A stretch of 64,000 nucleotides of DNA from Cenococcum geophilum (Eukaryota). The notes under the pieces were generated by a model. That model saw only the letters and a program-made list of their open reading frames with translations. It was not told the DNA's origin and ran no database searches. Location of the stretch: positions 21,390,001 through 21,454,000 of the forward strand of contig CP158635.1 in the NCBI GenBank assembly GCA_050273025.1, given 5' to 3'. A program made the translations under genes and the position numbers. Within the stretch, counting starts at the first letter, position 1, and each line of letters begins with the position of its first letter. This document shows positions 1 to 11,800 of the stretch, one piece after another.

Positions 1-2301
1 CTGTTCAAATCATCTTTCGACTTGAATCGTGGCAAAGTCAGCACAACAGTCATGGATGACGCACGCCGATTGTTGGAGCTCATCATGCTCCGTCGCATGA
101 AAAACAGTCCCGAAGTGAATCTTGGCCTTCCTCCGAAGGAAGAGATCCTACTTTACGTCCCTCTCACTCCGATGCAGCGCTTCTGGTACACTCGCCTTCT
201 GACTCGTATGGGCGACGGAATGCTTAACGACCTCTTCTCGGATGTTAAGAATAAAGAGAAAGATGCTTTAATGAAGGATGCTCAGGAAGATGAGCGCTTG
301 GCGCAGGTGGAAGAGCTGGAAAAGCGTGCAGATGAGAGGCCTGATGAGTGGCAAGAGACTCGCGAGATCATGCTTCAAGCGCTTGAGCAAGAACACAAAG
401 ACTCATCAACTAAGGGAGCCTGGCAAAGACTAATGAACCTGATCATGCAGCTTCGCAAATGTTGTAGTCATCCGTATCTCCTCCCTAACGCGGCGCCTGA
501 ACCATATCATCTTGGTGAGCACATTATTCGTGCTTCTGGGAAGTTTATCGTGCTGGAAAAACTGCTCAAGGAGTCGATTTTAGTAAGGGGCAAGAAAACT
601 CTAATTTTCTCTGGTTTCACCAGAACCCTTGATTGCTGCGAGGATTTACTCACTTTGATGGGCGGCCATGGAGAGTCATTCAGATATCTTCGATTTGACG
701 GTCAAACTGGGAGAGCACGGCGGAATCTGGGCATACGCATGTTCAACGACCCCACGTCTGAGTATAAGGTGATGCTGCTTTCTACTCGAGCTGGTGGTCT
801 TGGCATCAACCTCGCTTCTGCCACCGAAGTCATCTTCATGGATGAGGATTGGAATCCTCAGATCACCCTTCAAGCAGAAGCTCGAGCTCACCGCATTGGG
901 CAAGCCCAGCCTGTTACGGTCTATAAGCTCTGTACGCAAGGCACGGTAGAGGAGCAGATGATGGGCCGTATACGAAAGAAGCTTTATCTTTCAGCAAAGA
1001 TTACCGAATCCATGCGCAATATCCACAGTGAATCTCAAGAAACCAAAACCAGCAAGCGGAAGAATGGTGCTCAAAGCACCACAGACGACATGCCGCAACT
1101 TGACACATCCCAACTCAAATCACTTGTCCGACGAGGTGCGCAAACACTATCACATCCTGAAATCGATGTCACTGAAATGCTCTCCTGGGACCTTAAGACA
1201 ATGCTGGAGAAATGTCGTGACAAGCCCTCTGACCCGCATATTGGGGCCGAATCCGCTACAAGCACGGACGTCGACGAGGAGAAATGGCTTTCCGTAATGG
1301 AACGGGTCGAATGCGCCATTTTTGACGGGAAGAGATATCAGCGCACACTTGAGGCTGAAGGCAAAGCCAATATCCTCCCTAACGAGATTACTCGAGAAGA
1401 CAGACGCAAGGGCAAGAACACGACCGTCATGATCGATGGGTTCGCCATCAACAAGGAATCTCTCAACTGCGCAGACTGGGAAGCCGTGCCCACGATGGCA
1501 GGCAAAGATCCTCGTCTCGCAGAGCCCATACGAGAGAAGAAAGCCGAAATCAGCCATGAGGAACACTGTCACACCTGTTATGATGGTGGAGAGCTGGTTC
1601 TCTGCACTGGCTGCCCACGGTCATATCATAAGGCGTGTCTATCTCCAGAATTCCAAGCCCGACTCAAAGGTTGGCGCGGTTTCTACTGTCCACAACATGA
1701 ATGCGCCGACTGCGGAAAGAAGACCTCCGATTCAGGTGGCATGCTTTTTCGCTGTAGATGGTGCGCGAGAGGTTACTGTGAGGATTGCCTCGAGTGGGAT
1801 AAGACAGTGCTTGTGGGAGAAACCATACCCGAATACGAGATGTTGGGTGAGGGAGCAAACAAACAGGCGTTCTTTATCCGTTGTCCGCCTTGTGGGGAGT
1901 GGTGTAACGAAGACCCTGCGGCTAAGGAATGGTTTGAGGGTATGGAAAAAACTTATAAAGAGCAACACGCAGAATGGGTTGACGCGACGGAGGCAAGCAG
2001 ACAGGTTTATGAGGAAGAGATGCAGAGAATAGAAAATTCAGACGTGGTCGATCTCACCGCCGAGGAGACAGAGGCGCGAAGCCCGAGCCTTGAACCTCCA
2101 AGCTTAGTCGGTTCAGCTGTGGATACTCCGGCGACATTAGAGTCGGGCGTGTCTACTCCCAAACTGTTGCTGAAACTATCACTCGGGTCGAAAAAACGAA
2201 GGGTTGACGACGAGTCAGCGCTGTCAAACGTGGATACTGTGGATGATGCGCTATTTCTGTCAATGAAGAGGGCGAAGGTTTGTAAGACCCTAAAAGCCTG
2301 A
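1..2301 (+). CDS. SNF2-family (ISWI-like) chromatin-remodelling ATPase, C-terminal part, with PHD plus Cys/His-rich domain; 5' end outside window
   Basis: Frame is open from the window edge. Helicase-C motifs QLRKCCSHPYL, SGKFIVLEKLL, LLSTRAGGLGINL, DWNPQITLQAEARAHRIGQ, then CHTC...CTGCPRSYHKAC...CPQHECADC...CRWC..YCEDC. TGA at 2299-2301. Confidence 0.9.
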   Translation: MFKSSFDLNRGKVSTTVMDDARRLLELIMLRRMKNSPEVNLGLPPKEEILLYVPLTPMQRFWYTRLLTRMGDGMLNDLFSDVKNKEKDALMKDAQEDERLAQVEELEKRADERPDEWQETREIMLQALEQEHKDSSTKGAWQRLMNLIMQLRKCCSHPYLLPNAAPEPYHLGEHIIRASGKFIVLEKLLKESILVRGKKTLIFSGFTRTLDCCEDLLTLMGGHGESFRYLRFDGQTGRARRNLGIRMFNDPTSEYKVMLLSTRAGGLGINLASATEVIFMDEDWNPQITLQAEARAHRIGQAQPVTVYKLCTQGTVEEQMMGRIRKKLYLSAKITESMRNIHSESQETKTSKRKNGAQSTTDDMPQLDTSQLKSLVRRGAQTLSHPEIDVTEMLSWDLKTMLEKCRDKPSDPHIGAESATSTDVDEEKWLSVMERVECAIFDGKRYQRTLEAEGKANILPNEITREDRRKGKNTTVMIDGFAINKESLNCADWEAVPTMAGKDPRLAEPIREKKAEISHEEHCHTCYDGGELVLCTGCPRSYHKACLSPEFQARLKGWRGFYCPQHECADCGKKTSDSGGMLFRCRWCARGYCEDCLEWDKTVLVGETIPEYEMLGEGANKQAFFIRCPPCGEWCNEDPAAKEWFEGMEKTYKEQHAEWVDATEASRQVYEEEMQRIENSDVVDLTAEETEARSPSLEPPSLVGSAVDTPATLESGVSTPKLLLKLSLGSKKRRVDDESALSNVDTVDDALFLSMKRAKVCKTLKA

Positions 2302-2776
2302 AAAATCTAAAGGGGCGGAAGTAAACTTAGTTGTTAATTCGGCGTTGGGGAAATGGCTTACTCCCTGGATATGAGGTATGTCGTACTCGGTTCTGTATCG
2401 GGACCTGTGTTGGCAGTTCTGTCTAACCTGGGAAGAAATATGGTATTTTCTACTGTTGCATCATTTGCAACATATTGTTCACATTGTTGAACCATTTTAC
2501 AGCTTCGTGTATAGCAACGAGGACGTAAAATTTGCGTTTAGGATGTATCAATTAGAACATGTATAATACGACCTGTATTGAGTTTTTAGAGATGCCACGG
2601 CCAGTTACTCGTTGCGCCTGCTCCATCAATATCCCCCTGGAGACTTGACTCCATTTCAATACTTCGGACTAATCCCTCCCAGTTTCCCCATGCACTGTTT
2701 CCTCTTGGACTTTGCAGATTTGAGAAGCTCTGGCTACCTAGTGAGGGATAATCTATGCTGGTGTCACTATTCGAAG

Positions 2777-5125
2777 TTACTGGCTATATAGTCGCATTCC
2801 CTTGGCCAATGTCCCGACGCCATAGTCTATTCTTTCACCCACCCCTATGATAGGACTAGCTCTCATCACGGACGAGTGTTGCGTCGCTTTGGAAGAACCC
2901 AAGTCAGACTCAATGATGAGATTGGCCAACTCCGAGTTTTGGCCACCCAAGCGGTCGTTGGTTATCGATTCCTCAGCCGCAGTATTGCACTGGCTTTCGC
3001 CTGGGATCGATGAATTGTCTTCCATTCTACGGGGACCTTTATTGCACATCCTCAGCCGATCGGTAAGCCGTTTGGTCTTTGCCCTTATCAATTTCCGCAT
3101 GGAATGCCACAAGGCGCATTCCTGGCATCCGTAATGATATCCTCTCCCTCCCCAAAAATTGCATCGATATTATTCCACGCTCATTCCACTATATGGCCTT
3201 TTGTCCTCATACAAAGTTCAAAGAGTAGATATATAACAGCGTGCCATCGAATATAAGAGCAAAAAGTCCAGCTCTATCTTCTCACAGCTGTTTTGGTCTG
3301 CAGCTGGTGCGAGTATTCAATGATCTCTATGCTGGTGATAAACAGATGATCTTTTGCTGACTGTTTCAAGGCCGAATTTCCTTAGTGGCCATGGAGGGGT
3401 TGGTGAAGCGTAAGTGTCGATCTGTAGAACTCGTGTATTGATTGATCTATGAAAGACAAGAGACTATATATACATGATGTCGGTGCGGGACCAACAGGAG
3501 GGGTACGTAATAGGGAGTAGGTGAACGAGTCAAGCAGGGGTAGGTGACTGAGTCGAGGGGTAGGTAACTGAGTCGGGTGGCAAGACAACCTGGTTCAGGT
3601 CGACAGTAAGTCATACCTTTGCTAGTATTAAACGAGCTCTAGCTAAGGTCATCCAGTGAAACGGCTTAGATACATCTAAATGCTTGAGGTATTTGGACTC
3701 CACGTGTTGTGCACATCTTTCAATTTGTACTTCCAACTCATCGATCTTCCGATTTTCCATTCCAGCAAGGTTATTACTGGAATATGATGGCAGGTATATT
3801 AAGGGTTTCACAACTTTGAGGATCTCAAATCTGATCAAGGAGTAAACCATCTCTGAAAACCCTATTCCTGGTGATTGCACCTCGGTGTCCTCTTCACTAA
3901 TATCAGAGTCGTTAACGTTAAGAGGAAATTTGGTGTCGAAACTATTTGGTACGATTGTAGGGAGCGAGCTGTGAACATCTGACACCTGCATATCAAGCAG
4001 ACAGATTTGCCACCACAGGCGGCGCCGCATTTCCGTTTCGGGGGGGGACAGTGAGAAAAAGGATCCGTCGCGATGGATCCCAAAGGCTTGCGCAATGCGT
4101 ACAGCATTTCCGGTAAGCATCCAGACAAGGCGTGTGTCTCCTTGCTGGATGCACGACTAATGGAAGAATTTAACAGGAATATCTAAGAGATCGAGATGAC
4201 AAACTTACCAAGAATATAACAAATGCGCCACCACTTCTTGCGTAGTTAGGAGACCTGCTCTTTCAAGAGCCTGCTCAGCGGCAAATCTGTATCTGACCAG
4301 CAGCTCGTTTTTATCTTCATAGAATCTCCCGACTGTCATTTGGTGTCATACACGTCACAGCGGCAAAAAATACTACAAATATGAGTGATTCGATTGGTTT
4401 TCCTAAGCTGTCCAAACTGTCGTATGCTGTGGAAATATTGTCCTTTACGGAAGGCAAGTGAAGTATTTTTACTATGGGATCGACGTTCTGTGCAAAGATG
4501 TTCCAAAGAAGGGTTCTCGCTTGATTGGGCGGATGAAAGTCGTGGAGATTGTTGATGGGTAATTGAACATCAAATGATATTCTGCTGACCGAATTTCCGC
4601 CCGGGTTCTGGTTTGAGGAAGGCGAACTTGATACGTATTCTCCATCTGGCTCATCGTAGATGAGCTCTTTAAGAGATGTCACCTATTGAATATGTTTTCA
4701 GTCTGCTTCTAGAGAACCCATTTTTTAATGCGTCTAAATGTGGCATACCTCATCAAACAAGCTTGTCCAAGGTCCACATATCGGCTCCTTCCTTTCTCCA
4801 AAATCGACCTTCCCGTCTCGTCATTTAAGGTAAGGCTTCCAGGATATACTCCTTTGCCATTTTGAAGTGAATTCATAGTATTGTTATCTCTTGCTTCCCT
4901 ATTGCGTAAGTCTTGAACAAGCTCTTCGAGCATCGATAGTCGTGAGAGGAGCCTGGCGTCCTCCTTTTTTGCGTTCTTCTTGCGATTTCGAACTGTACAT
5001 CGAATCCCAGCCTTTGCACAGTTCGAGCAATGGCCGGGGACCTTGTCACACTTGACTTTTCTCTTGTAACAAGACTCACAAGATAAGGCCTTTGGAACGC
5101 ATGGCATTGATTGGTTCGTATCCAT
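2777..5125 (-). pseudogene. Zn(II)2Cys6 fungal transcription factor pseudogene (Zn cluster plus Fungal_trans domain)
   Basis: ATG 5125; CESCYKRKVKCDKVPGHCSNCAKAGIRC; NVDPIVKILHLPS; GIHRDG..EMRRRLWWQICLLD; FDTKFPLNVNDSD. Introns about 4683-4748 and 4157-4208. Frameshifts near 4320, 4225 and 3280, and in-frame stops (KV*LTLHQP, R*SW, VE*AW). A solo LTR interrupts the coding region at 3415-3605. The 3' end is approximate. Confidence 0.85.
3415..3605. mobile_element. Solo LTR (191 bp) with 5-bp target-site duplication
   Basis: Starts TGTCGA (3415) and ends TCGACA (3605), giving TG..CA termini with a 6-bp inverted repeat. Flanked by the direct repeat GTAAG (3410-3414 and 3606-3610). Contains a TATATATA and tandem GGTAGGT(G/A)ACTGAGTCG repeats. 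Confidence 0.85.
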
Positions 5126-5399
5126 GTTGCACCAAGAAAATGCCACACTTATTTTTCGTCAGCGTATAGGAAGCTTTGGAGTTCATGGAGACGATGGACG
5201 TTCAATTGTAAAACAAACAGAAGCAGCTTAATAACATGTAAAGTTGGAGAGTCGGTATATTTTCTAAAAGTAGTCGTTAAATTGAGAAGTTCGGACTTTT
5301 CGGCCGACCGAGTCTTCAGAATGTCCGAGGAAGCCAATCCTTACGCGTGTCCCAACCTTGCCAACGTCTCTCAATGCCCAAAGATGGTTATGGCTAAGA

Positions 5400-5853
5400 A
5401 ATTACCGCAGCAGCCAATTTTGTAAACATGTTACGACCCCGGTAGGTTGCCTAATAGCAAAGCACCGATTGGCAGGGTTCGCACTAGGGATAACATCACC
5501 GTAAGCACGCCCTGCTTCCCCAGAGTAAAACTCAAGGTATGGTGCATTTGCTTCGGAGAAGGGCTTGCCATTCTCAAGCGCAACCAACGTTATCAAGCAT
5601 TGAATCAGCCCACTTCCGCAGTATTTTCCCGCGTGCTTTTGGGGTAATTGCATTCCATCCTTTGAGCGCTGTTGCGGCGGATGCTGAGGCGAAAGCGAAA
5701 GCGACGTCTGTGGCATCCATATCTGGAAATGAGGCAATTTCCCCAGTAGAGGGGTTGGTGAGGTTTAAAGTGTTATTAGTCCTTGAGCTGAGTCATTCGC
5801 CATTGATATAACTTTTGGTGATAAAGAGAGGGGTTGTTGAGCTTCTGAGACAT
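5400..5853 (-). pseudogene. N-terminal fragment of a succinate-semialdehyde-dehydrogenase-like aldehyde dehydrogenase
   Basis: Across frames: MSQKLNNPSL / YINGE*...TNPSTGEI...RGKILRKWAD / LENGKPFSEA..LEFYSGEAGRAYGDVIPSANP..RCFAIRQPTGVV. Contains a stop and frameshifts; no catalytic C-terminal half is visible. Confidence 0.75.
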
Positions 5854-8800
5854 TTTGAGGCTGCTGAGCTGCTGTTAGCCGGAATCAGCTCATTGTGCGT
5901 GTGAACTTTGCTTTATACAAAATTTAGCGACGATTTAAGAGAAGTATTTCCTTTTAATACTAGTTTCTCCTTACACTAGAACTAATCAACGGACTTAAGA
6001 ATGAAATGCCGGGTTGGTCGGTTAGCTAAGTTGAGGCTGCAGAGAACTCCGAAACTAACTGCAAGAAAGACGGTCTGAAAATGAAGGTTGCACTATCCGC
6101 TATTGGACTAGCTATATCGTGCTATACCTCTAATAGGTTAGAATATTTTCCTCTTTGCCCCTTTCTAAATGAGAAGATGTTAACCTTGAAAGACTAGAAA
6201 GATATTAAAGCCCGCCGAAGCTAAGGAACAGCTAAAGGTCCGAATCTTCGAATCGAAATAAATCGGTGACAGATTAGCCCGAGGTGATAAAGTAAAATTT
6301 AAATAGTTCTCGAAATCTTGATATATTCGATGCAGAAAGCAACACCTTGCAATGGCAACCACCATGTTAATTATCCCTGTGCTCAAGCAGGGCTCACAGA
6401 TCCAAACAGAATCTTCAAACATATGGCCGACCGCATCCGAAGTCTTCTCAAGGACACTCTAGCTGTTGGAAGTGGATGTTTTGGCCATATCTTCAAAAGA
6501 AATCAGGGGGTTTGAACGATGATTTCGGGGTTCTTTGCCTTGTCAGTTACGTTGGACCTGCAACATTCTGCAACCCTTGTGAACTTAGCTGACTGGTTTT
6601 AGAGTGGGAAACGCTGTCTGCCTTCGAATCATTTGTATTGTCTCAAAACTTCAATACCTTTCTTGGCCATATTGGGCCTCTCCTTACGGAGCCTGCGAAG
6701 CCACAGTTCTTTGTGACGGATACCAACCCCGACAAATTTGCAAGCGCCTCGTTTACTGAGATTACACAGCTTCCTGTGAAGTCTGAGCACCCTTCTAGAG
6801 ACAAAGACTGGGAGAGGCTGTCATCTCTAATCAAGGTTCACTCTCGTGGCGAAAGGTAATTCCTTTCTGGATATAGCATCAACCTAGGTCAGCAGCTCTG
6901 GCTAGGTATAATTGGATGGGAAAACGTCGAGGTAAGTGTTCAAAAGAACCCTTAAGGTGATAAAGGTAATGGTCCTACTCTTTAGTCCCGTGAACTTATT
7001 TATAGGAACGAGGAAGTACAAGCTGCCTTGAGGGATGTGTTACAATATGGGGAACCGTTTACCTTACTCGTCGAATTGGCAACGCTTGTAAAGACGTGAA
7101 CTTGAAAGATTTTCACCCTATCTCCGCACATATCGCGGACAGTAAGCGGATCTGTATATGAGAAATAGCAATTCACAGGCGCACGCTTTGATTTGAGTGT
7201 GCTAATGTTTTTTGAATCAATAGTCTCCGCACTCATAGGCCGCCGTGGTCCAAAATCTATCTCGGATTCTAGTTAAGCATCCGAAGTACTTCAAAATTAA
7301 ACGTATAAAGGACACTGTAGGGTTTATTCGGCAGTTGGTGCCATTTCAAGGGGCACAACTAGCCGCAAATCGACCCACGCCCAACAGCACATATGAACTT
7401 TGCACAGATCTTTGTGAAGATGTGCATTTACGGAGCTTACGTAGAAACTCTATATGTCGCTCTATTCACGATCCTGATTAATACCATGACTTGGAAATTC
7501 AAGGCGTTTCTGTCTAAATAGACGAACGAACCCTTCTTCCGGTAGTTGACACCCCGCAACTGTCACTATGGGATGAGATTCGCGCAGCTGATCTATAGGC
7601 CCGAGTGGAATATTATCTAGATGACCATCTTCGAGATTATTGGTAGCATGGCCACGCCCAACTTTAGCTGATGCGTGGTGTGCCGCCTAGGAAACGCAGC
7701 TTTTCAAAAACTTCCAGTATTGAGGAGCCCACATGGTCACCCGGACAGCGGAGCAGGTTACCCAGAAGGAAGGCTACCGTTGCGGGACGGGTATTTGAAG
7801 CACTGTTGCAGTGCCTATATCGGTAGCTTCCCGTTGGGTTCACGGCGATCGGCGTGCTCTTCGTATGGCGACTTACCGAGCAGTACAGGGAAGTCGTAAT
7901 CGATCTAGATTCTATTTCGCAGGAAATCTGAAGAATTCCAAATGTTGGCAGACATGATAGTGGCATACCAGAGGTGAGTCTCAGGCCTTTGCCGTTACTG
8001 GAGTATTCACAAATATGATACCCGGTGTTGCACAAGTAAATGAGTTGTTGCGAACATGACCAACTCGGTGACCGAACCGGTGTGGATATCCGGCTACGCC
8101 TTTAAGATCAACAACACCACATCCTTGCACTCTCCACGACCACACCGTTGCAGACCACCATGATCGTCACCAGGCAAGATACGGATATCCAATGGAAGCC
8201 CAACTCGCTCTCCCCCTTGTTCCACGGACTGGCCGGCTGACCGGATTTTGTCTTGCGCTAAGATCGCTGCAGTGATACGAGACGCTACTAGCGCCATGTC
8301 AGCAAGGCTACGAATGAGCACTTCAAGTGGCAGGACAGGATAGAATTGGACTGCAACGCATGAAAAATTTCTCATATGCTATGGGAATGTTGGACGAAGG
8401 GAGGCTACCATTGGGAGCTTTAAGTGGTCCACTAGCGAAATATCGTATCACTTTGAGTCAACTGACATCCGCATAATAAGAGTAAGATGGATAGCGAAAG
8501 ATCTTTGGAGGGGAAACTAAGGCTCCTAATTGCTTGGATATGTATGGCATACTGAAAGGAGGTATGACGACGGGGAAGGACCAGTTATTAGGCTCGTCTG
8601 TAATGCGTTTTTGATGATGACATCTGCGAGGAGCTATTGGCATAGTTCCCGCTACCCAATGCAGAGCTTCTCAGAGTATTTGAAGTATTTTTTAGAAGCA
8701 TATATAAAAAGAAACTACGATTTTTTTTTTGGTTTTATCTAAAGTCAGGGCACCGAAAGTTGAGCGGACGCCCTAGCAATGTAAGAGGTGTAGGAATCGA

Positions 8801-11800
8801 GTTACAGGTCTTGCGGTAGGGTGGACTGGGGAGGTAGGTTGCTAAGTCGAATATCGTATCTCTTTGGTAAAGACATATAGTCGAGGAGCTATTCATGCAG
8901 CCATCGCTATGAGATGTGGGTTTTGGACGAGTGTCTGGAGGTCTTCAATTAGTCATATGGGTGAGCTTGTACAGTTTTCTTCGGTGTTTGGGGCTATTCA
9001 CAAGGGCACACTTTAGACACCAAAAATCGTGGCGTGAAAAGCATATGTGAGAGGAACGTTGTAAAGGATGGATGAGCAATAATCAAGATAATGACTGCAT
9101 TGTATGCTGATTCGTCTGTCCCAAATAGAAAATCAAATATATGCAGCTTTCCTTTGCTCCTTTTCCGTCGAGTCATGGAGGAGTGATCATCAGAGAGATT
9201 CGCAGAAGAAGACAAAGATTGACATTTTTCACATCTTTGGATAGCGATTTCAATGTCCGATGCATTTGGGGGGTGTAGGCGTACGTACAGTGACATCTCA
9301 ATTTCAAATCACCCAGAGATAGCCCTAGGGTCAGTGATATAATTAGCATGCATCCTGCGGATCATCACCTGCATTCACAGCTAGAGATATGGCATCAACG
9401 CAGCAGAGCTCGAAGCGAACAGGAGCAACACCACGGCCCTTGCATGCTCTACTAGACCAACACCACGCCCACAAGTATTATGAAGTCATACCCCCACCCA
9501 AGTTCGCTATGTGGCGCGGGAAGATGACATCCACAGCGGCTAAGCTCATTCAGCCGCGAGACAACCGGGCTCAAAGCCCATTGCTGTGCCGCGCAGCAGT
9601 CCGCGGTGCAGGAATGCAATGGCTTGACGATATTGAAACAAGAGGACGCACCCTGCGGCTACTAACACGGGCATACGCGCAAGGGCATTGGACGAGTTTT
9701 TGCATGACTAGGACGCAAAGGCAAAAGGCTGAAATCACAGCAGATGTCGTGGTTCGCTGTGGCGAGGTCCGAGACCTGTGACAGAAACGCCAGCTGAAGC
9801 AGTCAAGAATTACAGTTGTATATCGCCGGGTTGGTACGTGTATAGGCGCTCCCAATCGCCAGTGTCAAGCTTCGGGGAGATGCCTAGTGCGGTTTTTCAG
9901 TTTTGGGGAAGGGTGATTGGGGCGGGGAGTTGGGAAGAGCATCCGCGAGGACACATTCACTGGCAGTGAGGTCGCGACTCGGTGAGCCCCAGTTTAATTC
10001 CCACGAATGACTCCGTGGGTATGGGAGGCAGTGCTCGTAAGCGGAGCATGGGCCCGGACCATTGGCCGATAAAATGCGAGTGTTGTAAGCCTTTTGATTA
10101 CTGTAGAAGGAGCTGGCTGACCATGAGCAAGGAATAAAATTTTGAATCAAAAGGGCTGAGATGTTGCACGAGTCGCGGGCGGTACGAACTCCCAAAGATT
10201 TAAATCCCAGTGCCGGAATTGGTCGATCTCCTGCCGATCTTGTCCAAACTCCTGGCCCTTGTGTGCATTACAGGTGGGTGGGTGCCTTGAGACATCCTTT
10301 TCTAACGGCGAAGTTTTAGTGGTTGCATGGCCATGGCTTGGGAATTTGGGTGGCGGCAACTTTTCTTGGGTGCAGGTAAATAAAAAGAGGTGTTGATCAT
10401 GACGGATCTGATCCATTGGGCTGGTACGGATAGACGGGCAGCGAAGATCTCGGTGTACCCGGGCTGCTAGTGGCTGAAGTTGGGAATGCATGATGACGAG
10501 GCTGAAGACGAGGCTGAAGTGAAACGAATCCAGAAATTGCTGGGAGGCGTCTCGGATCGGCAGAAGCGGGGGCGGGAAGGCCACATGTCGGCTTCCCGCA
10601 CGCGTACTGGCCTCCAGGAAATGACAAGCTGTGCCGGGACGTGACGAGGTTAGGAAAATGTTAATCGGGGAACATCTGATAAGATAGGCTAGCAGTAGCG
10701 TTTTTGGGTTAGGGCCTATCATGATTGGGCAACGGCCATTCGCGACGCACATTTTTTTAGGCATTGTGTGCACCTAAAAAACATGCACTCTTCCCCTAAC
10801 CAACTCCGTTGCGCACGAAATCTTGATGCCTTTGGGTTCAGCCGCTTGATGACATAATGATAGTCACCAGAAGTTTTTCTCATCAAGCGAGCTGGAAAGG
10901 GAAAGTGATTGGGGCGCTCTAACGCACGGGTGACAGCGGGAAGCCCCCGGCGTGTAATGAAAGGGTGGCCCTTGGAGGGAATCGTTCAGTGGGCCGTAGC
11001 GGTCTAGACAAAACGCTTGGCATACAAGCGAGACTAGGTTCGCATGCGTCACCAAAGTAGGCCTGGGGCGTGTGAGGGTCGTTGAAGGCTCTGGGAGAGA
11101 ACATTGCCAATATTGTCCCATCACACCTTTCAACAGGTTACGTGCCTGGATGTCAACCTGCCCCCAAACATGCTCATGCTATAACCGCCTCAACGGTTTC
11201 CCCCACTGGATGGCATCATCAGTTGGGGATGCCTCTGGACTTTGTGATTCGGTGGGAAAGCACCCGCGTAATGCATCGGAATGCAAGCCACACTGAAGCC
11301 CACTAAGCGAGATAGAGGAGCAATAAAGTTTCGTGCTTGCATGCAGTAGACTTGCGCTAGCGGCACGTATCTGGTGCGTCGAAAAGGGTGCTGGGAAGGG
11401 CCCTCTTCCGCGCGGGACTCCACCAAAGTCCTGCCCCAGCAGAGCAGCAAGCAGCTGGAAACGGGGCATACGACAGCACCAATGCTTTCTCTGCATCGAA
11501 TGTAATTATATTTTCTCTCGCTCGCCGAGTCCGGCATGGATTCGCAATAGCAGGCCAAATGTCTCATCCCACGTAGCTGTCATCGATCGAGAAAAGTATC
11601 TGGCATTGACGTGACGTGCACATACCTTCTTGATTGCAATTCTCCCGCAGCAGCAATGGCTAGGGTAGTGGGGATGCTTGTGGAAAAAAGGTTAAGCGAG
11701 TAATTGGTAAAGGGCATGGCTCCGAAAAAGGCGTGATCTGGACCGGGCATTTTCGATAACCTCTCCCGTAACGCGGTGCCCGCTTCCGCTGTCAGTGCGC

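Noticed and set aside
10674..10682. ATCTGATAA SreA-type motif
   Set aside because: No intact gene start is nearby, and about one match is expected by chance in this window.
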